Positions 37,701 to 51,507 are shown, counted from the whole stretch's first letter. The stretch: 60,087 nt of DNA, filler included, from Sphacelaria rigidula (GCA_964200075.2; 6 parts of 6 records of this genome joined end to end with filler, not necessarily neighbours in it), one strand, 5' to 3'. Program-made: numbers and translations. Notes: a model not told the origin generated them from the sequence alone.

Positions 37701-38627
37701 GCCCTTCAAATATCTCTGAAAATCATCAATAATATTGTACGGCAGAACCCTTTATGCAGGCTCATCCGCGATGAATGGCGCAGCATCGCGGGGGGCGCGA
37801 CGTGCTGGACTGCTGGTGAAACGGTCTCTGGCCATTGATGATACTGGATATGATATGTTCGTGCATTACCTGACCACATTTGCCACACAACGACAGCCTC
37901 AGTAAGAACCACAATGAGAGCAAGAGGCCCAAAATCATACCTCTTTATGCCGTCTGTAAAAACCAAGCGTTGTGCTCTTGTCTCAAAAGCAGCAGCCACC
38001 CATCAGCCCTGTTAAATAGGCAGCTCAGTACTGTCGAGCAGTACCGTACGGTAGCGCGGTGCGTGCACAGGAACTTCAAGTCATTTTCCATAATGCGGCG
38101 CAATTCAAAAACTGTTCTGAAACTCATCATGATCATGATCATGCACACAACACAGGTGTAAGATAAGCTGACAGCGCACTTTGCCTTCTTTTTGGCGTAA
38201 CGATGATGGTCACCCCTGCAAGGATTTTGTGTGTTTTCGTTACTGTTTTCATGGCAGGTGAGTCTTCCAACGCGCTGTCGTCAACCGTGTCTCGACACAT
38301 CACAGATGCGCCGCTGTCAGTGCAGTACAACAGTAGAGCACGGGCTGACTGCATTCGCCTGTCCTGTCGAACTTGTCGTGTGCTGTCTGAACTGCGCGGT
38401 ATTCAAGGTCAGACAGCATCTGTATCTGGCTCATCGCCGATACAGCACCGCCCCGACATCATCATATGTCGAATGGCAGAGTATCGGGTCGTACCCGTAT
38501 CTGTTCTGTTGGTTTCCTGAGTGACACTAGAGATCAAAGCTAGTGATCCTTCAGCGAACGTGTGCTGGCAGCCTTTTCAGCAACTACTCTAACGTATACG
38601 ACAATACGCACCAGAGTGCTTGATACG

Positions 38628-39493
38628 TAGGAGCTGGGCCAGCCTAAAAACGGATATAAGCTCTAAAAGCAATATGTCATCGACGCAGACGAGTTGGGCC
38701 GTGATCCGCATACCGTATTAATCGTCTAATCAAGGGGAAGGTGCTCATCTGCTCAGAACTTTGGGTCCATATTTTCTCGTTGATCAAACCCCATGTCTAG
38801 TTATTCCTATACTTGAGGGAGATAGCGCCAATACCTTGCCAATACAAGAATCTCTGTGAAACTCCCGATCGATGCATGTAGCGGATGGCGACGAATTTTG
38901 GTGTGGAGAACCACAAAAGAGTGCCGAATAAAATAAATAAATGGGCCTTCATTTTTTTTAAAAAAGAGGTTAGGGTGCTTTCGTGAAAAAATGGTCTTCA
39001 CCATAGTAGAACGATCTAAACCAGTGAAAAAAAGTAAAAAAAATCAACCGGACCTACTCTTTTTTGTTGATTATGCCTTAGAGAGCGCCCACACAAAATT
39101 TCAATACACGAAAACCAAACGTGGGCCGGTGGGTGGCCTGCGAAATACTGTTCCGAATTTCTACCGACCCGGTTGTTGATAGGCCCATGCTCTTGTATAC
39201 ATTTAGAGTTGGACCCTGAAATTTGGTATGAACAATGCATAGGACATAAAAATAAAATTACTGCGATACCAAGATATTTTCTTTTTTTCATGAGTTAAGG
39301 GCAATAATCGGTTTTCAGGTATCAGTAAAATGCCCTTAACTCATGACAAAAAAGAAAAGAAAAATGGTACCGCAGTTTTCTTTTTTTATGCCCTATGCAT
39401 TGTCCATACCAAATTTTAGGGTCCAACTCCAAATGCATAAAAGAGAATGGGCCTGTAAACTTCAAATCCACCTCTAGGCCGGCCCAGCTCGTA
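38628..39493. mobile_element. TIR element containing a long internal foldback
   Basis: Ends taggagctgggccagcct / aggccggcccagctcgta. Internal inverted arms at 39181-39303 and 39331-39454. Confidence 0.65.
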
Positions 39494-39921
39494 TATATAC
39501 AACGTAGGTGCCTGCAGCTTATTTTGATAAATGGGGGTGCCATATATACCGTCACGAACTATACACGCGCGCGTCCCACAGCATATGCGCACAGCTGCTG
39601 CTGCACAGTAAGTAGGGCATGAAAGGGAAGGGGGAAAGTACAGTACAGACAGCGCAGGACAATGTATATATATGTGCTCTACCTACAGGGCGACGGGAAA
39701 AGGACTTGAACAACGCGCAGCATATCGCACGCTGCCTGCTGTATGCTGCACTATGTTATCGGAGCGTCCAGCATATGCATATGATCAGTGTTTATGCATA
39801 ATAGACGGCCGGTTGATGCTGTTCCTCGCACCCACCTACACCCCACGTATGTCGTCGCCGCGCGATGTAGCGACCATGAAGGAAGGTGCTCAAGTTTCCA
39901 CCAACAAGAAATACATCATGT

Positions 39922-40026
39922 TAGTGTTGCATATCGAACCCAAAGTTTCGATATATCGAACCTCATTATCGAATCGAATATCGAATGGAAAAAAGTTCGA
40001 TGTTTTCGATATTATGGCATACACTG
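39922..40026. repeat. TCGA-rich end of a probable hAT-like element, cut by the scaffold end
   Basis: Starts TAGTGTTG, followed by many atcgaa/ttcgat motifs. Confidence 0.45.
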
Positions 40027-40126
40027 NNNNNNNNNNNNNNNNNNNNNNNNNNNNNNNNNNNNNNNNNNNNTTAATTAATTAANNNNNNNNNNNNNNNNNN
40101 NNNNNNNNNNNNNNNNNNNNNNNNNN
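40027..40126. other. Artificial scaffold spacer
   Basis: 44 N + TTAATTAATTAA + 44 N. Confidence 0.98.
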
Positions 40127-41647
40127 CCTGCGTATCATGAGTGGAAATTAGACGACGCCAAACTCCACATCACCGAAACATGACGATTTCGGGTATAATT
40201 CGACCCCGTTGGAACCGTTTTTGAATCCGTTTCTCCCGTTAGATTATTGAGGTAATGGCGGTCATTACGATTTGAAGCATGTGGGGATTCGATAGAAATT
40301 GGACTTGGAATTCTTATTTTCAATTTCGGAACAGTTTGAAAGGCGCTGATTAGTCGAGACACATTTTTGTCCATAGCGCAATCGCTATAGCCTAAAAAAA
40401 ATCCGGCTATGTCACCCGCTTTGTCTGTTCATTGCGGTCAGTATGATACCATGTATGCGACTTTTGGGTGCGTATTGCGGAGGCATTTGCTGATGACAGA
40501 AATTGATTTTTTTTCCGTGAACCAGCCTGTAGGTTACTAATCAAGTACGTACCGTGTTTTATTGCCCTGCTACTGACCAATCACTTTCTATTCTGGCTAA
40601 CATTGTGCAGTGTTGTAGTGGCGTTCGTTGATCTTGTTCGGTCCGTTCTGGGCGGTGTTGTAGTATAGCTGCTCCCCTCATTCCGTGCCCTCACTCGGTC
40701 GTAGCTGTTGCAGTATGTAGTGGTGGTGTGAAATCGTGAAAGGTGAAGTGCGGCGACCTAATCGCACGAAGTGTTCCGTTTCAAATGAAACACTGGAAGT
40801 TCAGTTGACGCGACTATGCTGTAGTATGCCCTGTGCTCCGACGTGAGTGATGTTTCTGGTGATGCTGAAGGGCGCTAAAGACGTGTATCTGGATGCTGGC
40901 CTCTTGATAGCAGATGCTGTCCTAGGGCTTCTTGGAGTCGCTTGGGACGGTTGCTTCTTGAAAAAGCGGGTGATCTTCGTTTGTTTTCGTGGTGATCGTG
41001 TTGGCTGGCTGGTATTTTCTCTATCGCACATTTCGCGTTCGATGTTCCTTGGAGGTTGAACTGTCCCGCTTTTTACGTGTGCAGGTAGGGCATCGACCAC
41101 CTGCTGCAGTACTGACGATGAGTCCATGTCAAAATGATGGGATGGCTAATGCACTGGCTGGGATCTCTCAGTATGAGTGCCAGGGGATACCATGGTGCCA
41201 ACCCACCAAGCTCCCACGCAGGCAACATCACACATACCTAGCTATTCATCAAAGCACAATACACGCAGGTTCTTTCATGTGTACTGCTGATCGGGAACTC
41301 ACGTGTTTCATAGCATCATGTTATATCTACAAGCAGCTCTCTTACTCAGTACAACGACGGTGCAGCCACAGGAGCAGAGCGTAGTGATGGCCCACAGTAG
41401 TCCAAGGCAAGCCGGTATCTGATCGAGGTGGGTCAACGACATGTGGCGACGCCGGAACAATCCTGACTATTGACAATAACAAACGCGATAACAACGCGTC
41501 ACGGAACTCTGGGTCTACGAACAGATCCGCACATCGTGATATCATACTATGCCACCAAGCTTCATCGCATCTACTTTCTTGATGCCAAGTTTTTCTCTGA
41601 CATACTCTGTTGCTATATCGATGGCGCCTGAACTGCCCTGGTGTCTT

Positions 41648-41770
41648 ACCTTGGGCTGCTGGTGCTGCTGTGGCTGGTGCTGCTGTGGCTGGTGCTGCTG
41701 TGGCTGGGGCTGGTGCTGTAGTGGATGATGACGATGATGATGATATTGATGATGATAATGATGACGGTGA
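41648..41770. repeat. 15-bp minisatellite (gctgtggctggtgct) and (GAT)n microsatellite
   Basis: Seen directly; encodes the QQHQP and His runs of ORF 41542-42483. Confidence 0.85.
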
Positions 41771-43808
41771 CGAGAAGGATAATCGCGGTTCTTCTGCGGT
41801 GAAGCTGTCGATCCTATTGTACTTCTCTTGTAATCTCCACGTCTGTTGAAGTCGACACGTTTGTTCTTTTCGTAAAGTTTCGGCTTTTCTCCCCTTGTGC
41901 TGTTGTATGCAGGTGTAGGCTTGACCCACGAAGAGCTATTATTATTTCTGTAGTTTCGACCCCTACTGATTTTTTCCGTTGAATCGTACGGTCTTCTCAC
42001 TGTTCTGCGGGAACATGTCGAAGATGGTTCGGCAATCTTGACTGCTCCTGTCGATTTGATATCCGGGGGGGGTACTACTGGTGATAATGCCGTGCCCATC
42101 CCCATACATTCCTCGGACACTATCTTAGTCGTGAGTGCTGACCCGGCGTTTGTTTTGAAATTTCTTGAGTTCCAAATAATTTTCATGTTGATTAATTGTA
42201 GCGTGCCAGTATTGTCGGTGCGGATTGGAATTTTGAAACTTCCAAGATCCACGTGAGAGTTGACCGAGAATATGTTTGATACTCCTTTCAATAATCCCTC
42301 GACGGGTGAAAAAATATGTTTACCGAGGCCTGGAACAACAATGGCCGGAAGGTGGACGGAGTGTTGATTACTCTGCTGATCACAGACGATGGAGTGAAGT
42401 ACTCCTTCGCCTGTTCCGCTAAGTAGATGACGACCTGCTGTCAAAATTTTCATAGGAGGATCGAGTTTCACATAATCAAACATCTATCTCCTCTTCAATA
42501 TTGGGCAGTAAGTGATCGTCGATGTAGTGGGGGCTGGCCCCGGAGTCGCATACCATCTTGAAGTATATAAAACCGGTGGCCTAGTGTTGTCCTTGTCTGT
42601 AGGGTCAGCAAAAAAGATAAAGCCTATGCCGCTTGGTGGCGAGCTTGTGTCAGTCGCTGTTGGTGCTGCCGATCCGCTAGTCTCTTGAACTTGGATGTTG
42701 GATAGTTCTGTCGTAGATGCAGAATCCACTGTGACCGTGTTTGCATGGCGTTGATGTCCGTCGATGTTGCTGTTGTCTCTATCATTGTTGCAGTTGCTGT
42801 CGTTGTAATTGTTCGTGTCGTTGTTCTTGAACGTACTACCGTTACCGATATGATTCTTGCATTCGGAGTTGTCGTGTTTATCTGCACGATGCAGACTGCA
42901 CCATTATTTTACGGGCCTGCTCCTGCTGTTAGACTGTCTTTTAGAACGATACTCATGTGAACGTGACCGGTTTTACCACAGGAACAACATTTTCCAAAAA
43001 ATCTTGGAGATGTTGCAGATGAATCGAGCGGCGATGCCGCTATCATGGCGGAATCTCGGTCGCGTACTGCCTTTGACAAAATTCCGCGTGCAACGCGATT
43101 TGAAAACATATTTCTCATTGTTACTTCGATGCCGAAGATGCTGAAATCAGGGTTGCGCTCCGCATTATACTTGATCCTGTCGTATTCATCTGTCAAGCCT
43201 TCCACCACGATGTCCGTGAGTCTATCATCTGAAATGGGCTCACCCATGTACACCAGCTGATCACGTAGTTCATAGATCTTGGTCAAACACACGTCAGGGT
43301 CTTGGCCAGGGGACATTTTAATGTTATCTAGCTGACGCATAAGAATACGCCGCCGTTGCTTCGACGAGTTCTCGTATTCACCGACCAGGGCCTCCCATGC
43401 AATGTGTCCATTTGATCTTGCGTGGCCCTTCGGCTCGAAGCGAAGAGATGAAACTGCCCGCTGGGCCTGAAGTTGTCAAGTATAGAATATTGAACAACTG
43501 TTCATTGCAGCGGTCCCAATTTTCAACTTCAAATCTGTTCGCCAAAATTCTTACATGTTTTTCCTCTCAAGAGAAGTCCACTTCGCCGCCACCCGGCCGG
43601 TCCTCAACAGGATCACTCGTTTTGGCTGCCTCTTCAGATGAAGACGGCGGGGTTCCTCGGGAGCGGGTGTGTGGCGGAGTTGATCTTGACCTGGGTCGTG
43701 CAACTGGAAGTGATTGTGCACCTTGAATGTGCTCCACGTCATCAAAAGTTTCCGCGGGACGTTTATCCTCCATTCATTATATCCGAAACCCCTGGTTGAG
43801 CAATGCTA

Positions 43809-43970
43809 CGGTAGGGGTGTACTTTTTTCGCGAAATTATGTCTAGTTCAGGGGCTCCTAACGATTCTAGATGNNNNNNNNNNTTTCACATATTTTCATAG
43901 GTCGTGTTTTACATGAGATGAAGGACTCCTGACAATTCTAACCTCTGAAAATATTTGTTCACCCCTACCG
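43809..43970. mobile_element. TA-flanked MITE in Copia gag (spans a 10-N gap)
   Basis: TIR CGGTAGGGGTG(T/A)AC with TA flanks; same TIR family as 52950-53066. Confidence 0.7.
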
Positions 43971-44639
43971 TAGCATCACTCGGGTGTGCGAGGGAAATCA
44001 TTGCGCCCGTGCTGCGCTTCCATTCGAGGAAATTTGTTCCATCGAATTTCCTGATGCTCCTGATGAGCTGTGCAACAGATGGCTCTCCTTGATTATTCAT
44101 CTTGTTACAAAATGTGTGAAAATTTATCACATCCAAAACCTTGTGCAAATAAAAAATATGAAGGCTGGACTCTTCTCACTTTTAGCTGCCGTGACGACCT
44201 TGATGGGAAGCCCCTTCGCTGGTGCTGACAGACGTAGTCTTGAATCGAAGGCTGATGACCTGATGACCTACGTGGTCGCGAATCGATGACTCAAAACCTG
44301 TTGGAATAACTCGTGTCCGTAGCACTGTCCTTGCGACAGGCTAACTACCGTTCAGCAAACAGAAGTATGCAGAGGTTGCACCGTGGTTGATTAGACCCCT
44401 TGCTTCCGCAGCTTGAGAATAAAATAAATGAGACAAATGGTTGATTGGGCTCTTTACTCGGCCAAGAAAAGCAGAACTCACAGTTTCCTCTCACAGCGGA
44501 GAACTGATGGTGGTGGAAGGAGGGTGATTGTAAGGGGCGGGGGGGACCACCAATTACAAATGCTCAATCCTTGGAACAATAAACAAAGCTCTACACGTAC
44601 GTAGACTTAAACACGTTCTTGACTCCGACGTGTTGGTTT

Positions 44640-47600
44640 GCCAGCTCACAGACTGGATTCTTACTCAAGCTACGACACGCACAAACAATGGCAGCACACT
44701 GCCTTATTCTACGAGCTTACGTGGAAAGTCCGACAGGATATTGAAGTCAAGGATCCATATAAGAAACAGTGCGTGCACGCTTGGTCAATATTGGGGGCTC
44801 CTAGTTGAACCAGAATATATTGTCCCGCTAATTTGCTACAGAGTAAAGACTCACACACAGAAAACAAACAGCTAGACTGCTGGCTGTATAGATTTCAAAC
44901 ATCCTGCATCTGATAAATATGAGATAGTGCTTGATGATCCGTGTAGACCGTGAAATGTCCACCTCACAAGTACGGACGGAAATGCATTACCGTGAAGATT
45001 ACGCCGCAACATTGTTGGTTCAACTAAAGTGAGGCTGAGAATTACACTTACATATACTAGCGTACGCGATAATACTGAAATCGTATTAAAGGAATTTAGA
45101 GTTCGAGACGGTGTTACCAATAAAACCACCCATAGCAACCTCTGAGGCGTCTGTGTACCACGAACTCTGTTGTGAAATCCGAGAATTTCAAGACTGGTGC
45201 AGCGGTTAACGCACGTTTGATGGAGGCAAAAAGTGCAGATTGTTCAGCACCCCAAGCTTGCAAAAAGTTATGTTTCTTTTCACAACCTTGTTGTGTGAGA
45301 GCGACGAGGGGATCGATAATTTTGACGTAATCTTTGACAAAGTGCCTGACAAAATTAACCATACCCAAGACTGACCGAAGTTGTTCGATTGACTTGGAGG
45401 GGCTCGAGATCGCAGATGGTTTTAATGCGGTCTTGCCGATGGAAACACTTCTGGCAGTAATGATGTGACCTACATACGTGACTTCGTTGGGATCGATCTG
45501 AATTTTGGTCGGTTTGAGGGTCGGAACTACTGCTTGTATAACAGGAAGCATGAGACGAAGGGACTTAAGGTGTTCGTCAAATGTGTTACTGATGCACAAA
45601 ATATCATCAATGTAGCACAGTATACCAGAGTCTGGACCCAGATGTCCAAAGACAGTAGAAATCATACCTTTATACAACCAAGGGGCAGACATGACACCAA
45701 ACGGCATGCGTAAAAACATATTTTCACTGGACGGGGTAGTAAAAGCTGTCTTGTCTACATCCTCAGCTGCGACAACAAGTTACCAGAAGGCCGACATGAC
45801 GTCCGCGACAGTGATAAAACGAGCACCGCCGACAGCGTTCAAACACGTATCCATAATGGACAGTGACCGAAACTCACGGATGAGAGATACTTGTTGAAGG
45901 TGTCACGATAACCAACGTGAATTCTCGGTGAGACTTCTTTTTTTTTCGCGACGGTACATGACGGTGAACCCCCAAGCGCTAGGGCGCTCTTCAATGATTT
46001 TCCATTCGAGCACATCGTTGATACATTTCTCGATGACTTTGGCTGTACAGGGGGTTGGACCGGTACGGTGGTTTGTCGAGTGGTACAGTATTTTCGGGGG
46101 CAGGTAAAGCGTACGGTGCAAGTACCAAGCTCGTGCATAGACAATGAAAACACCAGCCGGAATTCGGCACACTAGTCATGAACACGATTTTGCTATTCTG
46201 CTGTGAAGGTAATATCACGGAAACACGAGACAAGAGTTCTTGAAGATCATCTCTACCCTTACGCAACTCGATAAGGGTGCAGGAACTTTTGGTTATGAAC
46301 TGCACTACGTGCAGTTGAGCAGGATCGAATACAGTGGCAGTGTACAGGGTACCAAGAACTAAGCCTATGGGTAACGACACGGCTTCAAACGATGTGTTTG
46401 CAGTTTGGACTACTGTCGTGGTCTTATCACGAGGTGATACTGGGGTCACTCTCAAAGAACATACTAGGCCAGGGGTGACACAAGGTCAGCGACTGGCCAC
46501 AGTGAACAATCGCAGTCGAGCAGAGTGACCCTCGAGCTCGTGCGTAACAGACCATTGAGTCCGACCGGCACTGCATCATAAGGCCAAGCAGGGACTCACT
46601 TTCGCGTGCAGAAGAGGTACTCTTGACTTGCTCGCAAGCGAGATGTTTCCAGGTGGTGGCTGATAGCTTTGTTATTAGGCTTGCTAGGTAGCTGGAAAGT
46701 TGTGACAGACTGGGCACGCAACACATCAAACTGGAGCATAGCACTAATAATGTGCGAATGGAATGTGACCTATTGCACATGCCATGCGTGCTTCGAAACG
46801 CCCACTATATGTACAGCCGATATCTGCCGTAACACTACTACAGGACAAGAACTGACCAGTAAGACAAAGTACGTCCGACTACCAACGTTACAAAAACGAC
46901 GGGACGGTCTACTGTTGACGTTTCATCCGCTGTGACCAATCGAGGTTCAACAACGACGGTACAGGCACAGATAGGGCGACATACTGTAAACGCTACAAGG
47001 AGTGCCTCGTGAAAAGGCTCGACAGTAACGCGTTCTAATAAGGTGACAGATACTTGTGGGGCATCGACATGCACAGCTGCTACAGTAGACTGTCGTCTGC
47101 TTGAAGACGAGACAGGGTGTTGACTACGATGTACTGCTGCTGCAACAGTTTGATTTCCCTTCGAAACATACAGAGTTTGGTTTGACTAATCCTGGGTGGC
47201 GCCGAATTTTGATATGCGGTTGTTGTCGAAAAGTAAAATATCAGAACCTAACGAAGGAACAACAAGTGCTTCGACGCGACGGGTGACGTGACCAAGGGTT
47301 GATGAAAACGTCACAAACCCAAAGACATTGATCGGCGAAGCGTTTTCTGCGCGGAGCGAAATGGCTGCCGGGGGTACGGGCGACACCGGCAATTTCGGCA
47401 GCATGGGGTGTGACTTTAACCATGCGGCTCTACAGACTGAACAACCAGTTGCGGTGTCTACGGTAATATCGTTGACTTGAGCTTGACCAACCGATCCGGA
47501 GATGCGAACGCATCTCGAGGAAAAAGCATTTGACAACGATCCACGCTATGTATTCAGCGCGGAGGTGTACCAAATTGTGTGCGTACCATCTTTACTGACT

Positions 47601-48438
47601 GGATCGGGTGCAGACGGCGGACGATTGAGGGTGTCATGCACGGGCGTGACGGACGGAGCTGTAGTACCAGCCTTTCACTTTTTCCGAGGTGGACGGGACG
47701 GAACGCTGGTGCGACTCTAGCAACAGATGATAGATGAGACGAGTCAGGTGGGACAGGGTGACGTGGCTTTCGGCAAGATGATTCGAAGTACCAGAGCCAA
47801 CTGTCAGGAAAACTACACCGTGACACGAATCGGACAAATTCACCCATTGACGTGATACAGGCGAAAGGCGTGATTTATGACGTCTAGCGTTCATCTGGCT
47901 ACCAACTCTGCAACCGGGGAAGTAGGGTCAAAACAAATGACAACTTTTTTCAACTCCGGGGTTCAAGGGATGTATCTGACGTAACCTTCAGACGATGGTA
48001 CACGACAACACAAAAGAACAAGATCAACTGATCGAAAACGGTAGCCCTGAAGCTGACGTGAATATAATGTTGACTGCAACTCGAACGACACTTGAGTGAA
48101 ATTGACTTTACTCGAGTCGGCAACATGGGCATGGGTGACGGAAAGCAGCAGGGACAATAACCCGCAAGATACTGACTTCTCAGTCGGGTACCACAACGAT
48201 GCACGAGACAGGTAGCGGGGTTCTCTACAGGAGGAAGCCAGCTACAGACGGTACACTTTTCGTGGTACTACTGTACTGCCCTGTATACTTGTTTACTTGT
48301 CCTAGTGTATCGTAGCTCTTGTAGCTGGGATGCCGGCGAGGGTGGCGTCCTCGCAAGATCCGTGGTACCAGCGATGAGGGTTTCGATGTAGATCTTGATG
48401 ACTAGCCGATAATACAGCCCACGGATGGGAAGTTGACA
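44640..48438 (-). mobile_element. Ty3/Gypsy retrotransposon, degenerate (5' LTR, gag, PR, RT, RNase H start)
   Basis: Protease VDTATGCSV..LGSDIL. RT PSAWG, MPFGV..CYIDDIL..LRSVLGMVNF..ALTAAPVLKFSDF. PBS-like tagtacca at ~48263-48270. LTR candidate 48272-48438, possibly extending to 48960. Confidence 0.85.
45114..46150 (-). pseudogene. Gypsy reverse transcriptase pseudogene
   Basis: YIDD catalytic motif in ORF 45114-45719; upstream part is frameshifted. Confidence 0.9.
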
Positions 48439-49647
48439 GGACAGGTGACATGGTGATGTATCCAGCGACCTTGAAGTAGATCGAGCGCATGAATCAGGCC
48501 AGCTGACACCGACGCTGACGTTAATAAGCAACTACACTGAAAATCAACACTGAGTGACAAGCTAATATAGTTTAGATCGCTACCGCCGACACGCCATTAT
48601 AAGACAGGCCCGCGGGCAGCGGGTGTGCCTTATCCAACCCGGGCGGTGTGTGTGTGTAGGTTGTAGCTTCTCACTCGATGAAGGGCTACGGAGTGTGCGG
48701 AACCCCGACGTGGGCTTGCACAGGACGAAGTTTTCAAGGCAGGGCTTGGGCTGAAACTCGGAGTGCCTGAGTTGGGGAGGCTCCCACGGGGGAGTATTCA
48801 AGACGGGAAAATGACGATCCCAGACTGGGGATTGGATGAGTCCCAGGGCGACAGGCCCGGGAATACGGTAATACGGTCCGGGTTGACTAGCCCGGGGTTA
48901 TTAGTAAGCGGGTCGGGTCATATAGAGGTCCTAATAACAGGTATACTATATGGTACAACATGAAGCATGCGGCAGTACCACTCGTAGATCGAAATAAAAA
49001 CTGGTTCACCACACCTCCAAGTGCAACAACGATGGACTCGCTGGCATCTCTTCTGCGTGTTTCTGCATAAAGCGTCATGAAACATGAGGAGCAGTACCGT
49101 GACGGGCTTCCACAGGGGAGTACAACGCTACAGTGCGCAAGCGCGCTGGCAAGATGTCGGCAACACGGAATATCGCGCATGAGCTAGCGCGTGCTGCTCG
49201 GAAATGACGCGCCCCGCGCTTTCAATTCAATTCAGCGCGTTTTATGTAATGCAATGCAGAGGTTACCCTACGGGCAACTTCATGGGTCTGGAGCCGACAC
49301 TGCGTACCAACCGCAGCGTGACGCCCGCGGCGTGTTGAGGTGAACAGCCTTTTCAGTGTAGTCTACAGTACTGATCAGCCACGGTACAGAGGTACCCGTC
49401 TTCACGGGTTGTGACAGTTACATGCGGTGGGATTTGATACCATAGTAGGCGTATGTCTTGTACCTACGTACACAATGTTTGCTTGTCATGGTGTTGGGGT
49501 AGCCACACCCAGACACTTCGTTCTCTTCCTTCTTTTCCTTCCTTGACTTGCTTAGTCAAGCTATGTAATACTACTCTTCTACAACAACATGATCGGCTCA
49601 CCCGTGTCCTTTGATCGACTTCATCAGTCGTGTCCAGCTGTCCCTGT

Positions 49648-50057
49648 TCACGGATCACGTATCAAAGAACCCTCTAGAGGGTCCATTTGATTTGTCAGCG
49701 GCGTGTGATCCAAACATTTGACCAACATGGCAGGACCGAGGGACGCGGTCATACCCTCAACAGCGACCGGGAACGACGTGGAATTTAGAGGCAGTTTGTA
49801 TGAAGCAAAGGCAGCGATGTCCCGATTAGTGCACGGGGCACTGCCCGCGGGTGGGGAGAAGAAGTCAGGTGGTGGGACGCACCTCACCACGCGCCCGGGA
49901 TTTGGGACGTCCAGGCGCAGCACGGTCGAAAGACCAGTTCCGGTCAGCTCTGCGGAGTAGACTTTGTTCCCGCGCTTTCCACTGCACCTGAGGGAGACGT
50001 ATTCTGCGGGAACAACGTCACCACTCAGCTGCAACACTGTGCAGGGGGCGCGCACCG
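49648..50057 (-). CDS. Possible terminal exon of an unknown gene (5' part beyond the scaffold end)
   Basis: Frame open for 135 codons from the scaffold edge, GC-rich; no family recognised. Confidence 0.3.
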
Positions 50058-50157
50058 NNNNNNNNNNNNNNNNNNNNNNNNNNNNNNNNNNNNNNNNNNN
50101 NTTAATTAATTAANNNNNNNNNNNNNNNNNNNNNNNNNNNNNNNNNNNNNNNNNNNN
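50058..50157. other. Artificial scaffold spacer
   Basis: 44 N + TTAATTAATTAA + 44 N. Confidence 0.98.
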
Positions 50158-50329
50158 AAGAAGAGTCATTTCAATGACCTGGACGTAGTTTCGAAAACCT
50201 AACTGTTTTGTTTTCATACAATAGCTGTTGCGAACTTGGGTACATGATAACATGTTGTTACCGTGTGTCACCTCTAGGCATACGCTGTGCAGACGGAAGT
50301 CAATAGAGTAGAGCAACGAAAGCTCCAGA

Positions 50330-51102
50330 TTGCAGCTGACGCACCCCTCTGCACCACGCTAGCAACAGTAAGGTCACCAACATAGGTATCTTTTTTCACC
50401 CCGCATGTCAAGAAGGTCTCCACAAGTTTTTGATATCTCTCACACACACACGCCAACTGGCCTGTGGCAGGCTCCTGTGCTCGGGCGCCACGATGGTCAG
50501 ATACGTCATTTCGGGTAAAATCAACTATGAATAGCACCCCCCAAGTTCAAATCGGATCATCTGTTACTTTTGCCGCAGCGCACCGTCCTTGCTGGCATGT
50601 GTGTGACAGACAACAGCAGTAGCGGTGACGGGAACATTGCCCTGTTTTTCAGCGCACAGAAGCGCGTCCTGTCCAAAAAGAGAGGCAGAGGAAAATCGAT
50701 CTTCGCATTGGTGACCTCCAGAGACAAAGAGACGAAATCTCTCCGCAACTCGATGTTCTTTAGGGATACCTATCGGCACATGGGAAATTCGGCACGTGCT
50801 GGTAACATGCATGATGCCAGTCTCTCGAGCGATTGGTAATCGCTCAGCGAGGGCACACAAAGGACACGGGCGAGGAGCTTCCTCTCTGCCGCTGCTCCTC
50901 TCTCTGGTGATGATATCGTCATCGACACGCGTGTACACCGCAGTCGTTCGGTGCATTTAGCCACAACTGATTATTCACAGTTGCGGAGTTTTGGGGGGAA
51001 AGATGATTTCGCTCTGTGTTACTGTTTAGCGTCGTCCCTGCAAAAACGATATGCCACTTGAACCTCATTTGAGGGATGGACCCCATTTTTCAGGATCCGC
51101 TG
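50330..51102 (-). mobile_element. Second, compact copy of the dispersed repeat at 20831-23140
   Basis: Colinear similarity. The ORF track gives near-identical peptides MHRT(N/T)AVYTRVDDDI at 21510 and 50956. Confidence 0.75.
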
Positions 51103-51507
51103 TTTGACGATTCTTTTGTTTTTGGCTGCTAGCGGGTAGAAATATCTGCAGCACCACCGAACGTACAAATAACTGGCTTGTAGTGACTGAGGTCTACTGA
51201 TTGTCCTGTTCTATATACACCCTGTACTCTGTACACGCATATGTCGGCCGACCCATACAGAGAAACGCATGTATACTCGTAGCGACAACTGGCAACTAAC
51301 CTGCTGCGCAGCGCTACTCCGTACGCTACACCGCGTTACTGTAGAACTTACAGTACGAGTGCGTGGAGATATGTAGACATACACCACCAGCACCAAGAGG
51401 ATTATGAATTGACTTATCGATCATCTTGCGGCGGAGGCTCCAGCGTCCCAAGGATGCACAAGATAATGTTCACTGCCTGTTTATACAAATTGGTCTTGCC
51501 TGTGCTG

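Larger units (their letters stand above)
41542..44630 (-). mobile_element. Copia-like element, internally deleted (5' LTR, gag, protease region; no IN/RT)
   Basis: LTR-like 44299-~44630 ending CA, followed by PBS-like GGTTTTGAG. Gag motifs KFDGTNFLEWK and DDRLTDIVVEGLTDEY, knuckle CCSCGKTGH, post-protease IVVPGLGKHIFS. Confidence 0.8.

Noticed and set aside
40490..40505. Hammerhead ribozyme core (CTGATGA..GAAA)
   Set aside because: No stem II and no flanking helices. The other CTGATGA/CTGAAGA hits I examined also lack the full core.
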